NCBI RefSeq assembly: GCF_963921235.1
Contig: NC_086097.1
Location: 208,136,001-208,200,000, forward strand
Source of the DNA: Mobula hypostoma
Lineage: Eukaryota
Direction: 5' to 3'
Length of the DNA stretch: 64,000 nucleotides
The notes beneath the pieces were generated by a model. The model ran no database searches. It was not told the DNA's origin and saw only the letters and a list, made by a program, of their open reading frames with translations. Below are positions 63,474-64,000 of this stretch, in pieces; position 1 is the first letter of the stretch, and every line of letters begins with the position of its first letter. The position numbers and the translations under genes are program-made.

Positions 63474-64000
63474 GAATCAGAATCAGGTTTAATATCAATA
63501 GCTGGCATATGTTGTGAAATTCGTTGTTTTATGGCAGCAGAACATTGCAAAACATAATAAAAACTATAAATTACAATAAGTATATATAAAAAAGAAAAAT
63601 AAATTAAGCAACTAATCCAAAAAAAGAGAGGGAAAAATACTGTGGTAGTGTTAATGGGTTCATTGTCCATTCAGAAATCTGATGGTGGAGGGGTAGAAAC
63701 TGTTCCTGAAATGTTGAATGTTGAATGTCTTCAGGCTCCTATACCTCTTCCTTGATAGTAGCAATGAGAAGAGGGCATGCCCTGGATGATGGGAGTCCTT
63801 ACTGATGGCAGCCGCCTTTTTAAGCCATCGCCTTTTGAAAGTGTCTTCGATGCTGGGAAGGCTACTGCCCATGATACTATGATGGAGCTGACAGAGTTTA
63901 CAACTTTCTGCAGCTCTTTCTGATCCTGTGAAGTGGCCCCTTCATACCAAACTATGATGCAACCACAGTACATCTTTAGAAATTTGACAGTCTTTGGTGA
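63474..64000 (-). mobile_element. Rex1-type LINE 3' fragment, runs off the window
   Basis: HPGHALFSLL..RKRYRSLK..FRNSFYPSTIR and a GAATCAGAATCAG tail. Confidence 0.9.

Overview
This is AT-rich, CpG-depleted vertebrate DNA, intronic or intergenic, and made mostly of nested transposable elements. The repeat mix (CR1 LINEs with TTATGGTC/TTCTATG tails, Rex1/Babar LINEs, Penelope-like elements, V-type SINEs) points to a cartilaginous fish such as a ray or shark; this is inference. I could not identify an intact host gene. Elements present: many CR1 and Rex1 fragments, one L1 with both ends and a canonical TSD, Penelope elements with inverted termini and minimal hammerhead ribozymes, three similar ~240-bp double-hammerhead mini-Penelope hairpins, a rearranged Tc1, hAT/Charlie elements, a Harbinger derivative, two solo LTRs and SINEs. 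The standout signal lies in non-repetitive sequence at ~60.7-62.2 kb (+). It is a decayed reading frame, invisible in the ORF track because of stops and frameshifts, whose pieces match six colinear blocks of filovirus (Mononegavirales) nucleoprotein. It is therefore a probable endogenous filovirus-like NP element. All homology statements come from my recall of family sequences and need database confirmation. Boundaries without TSDs are approximate.
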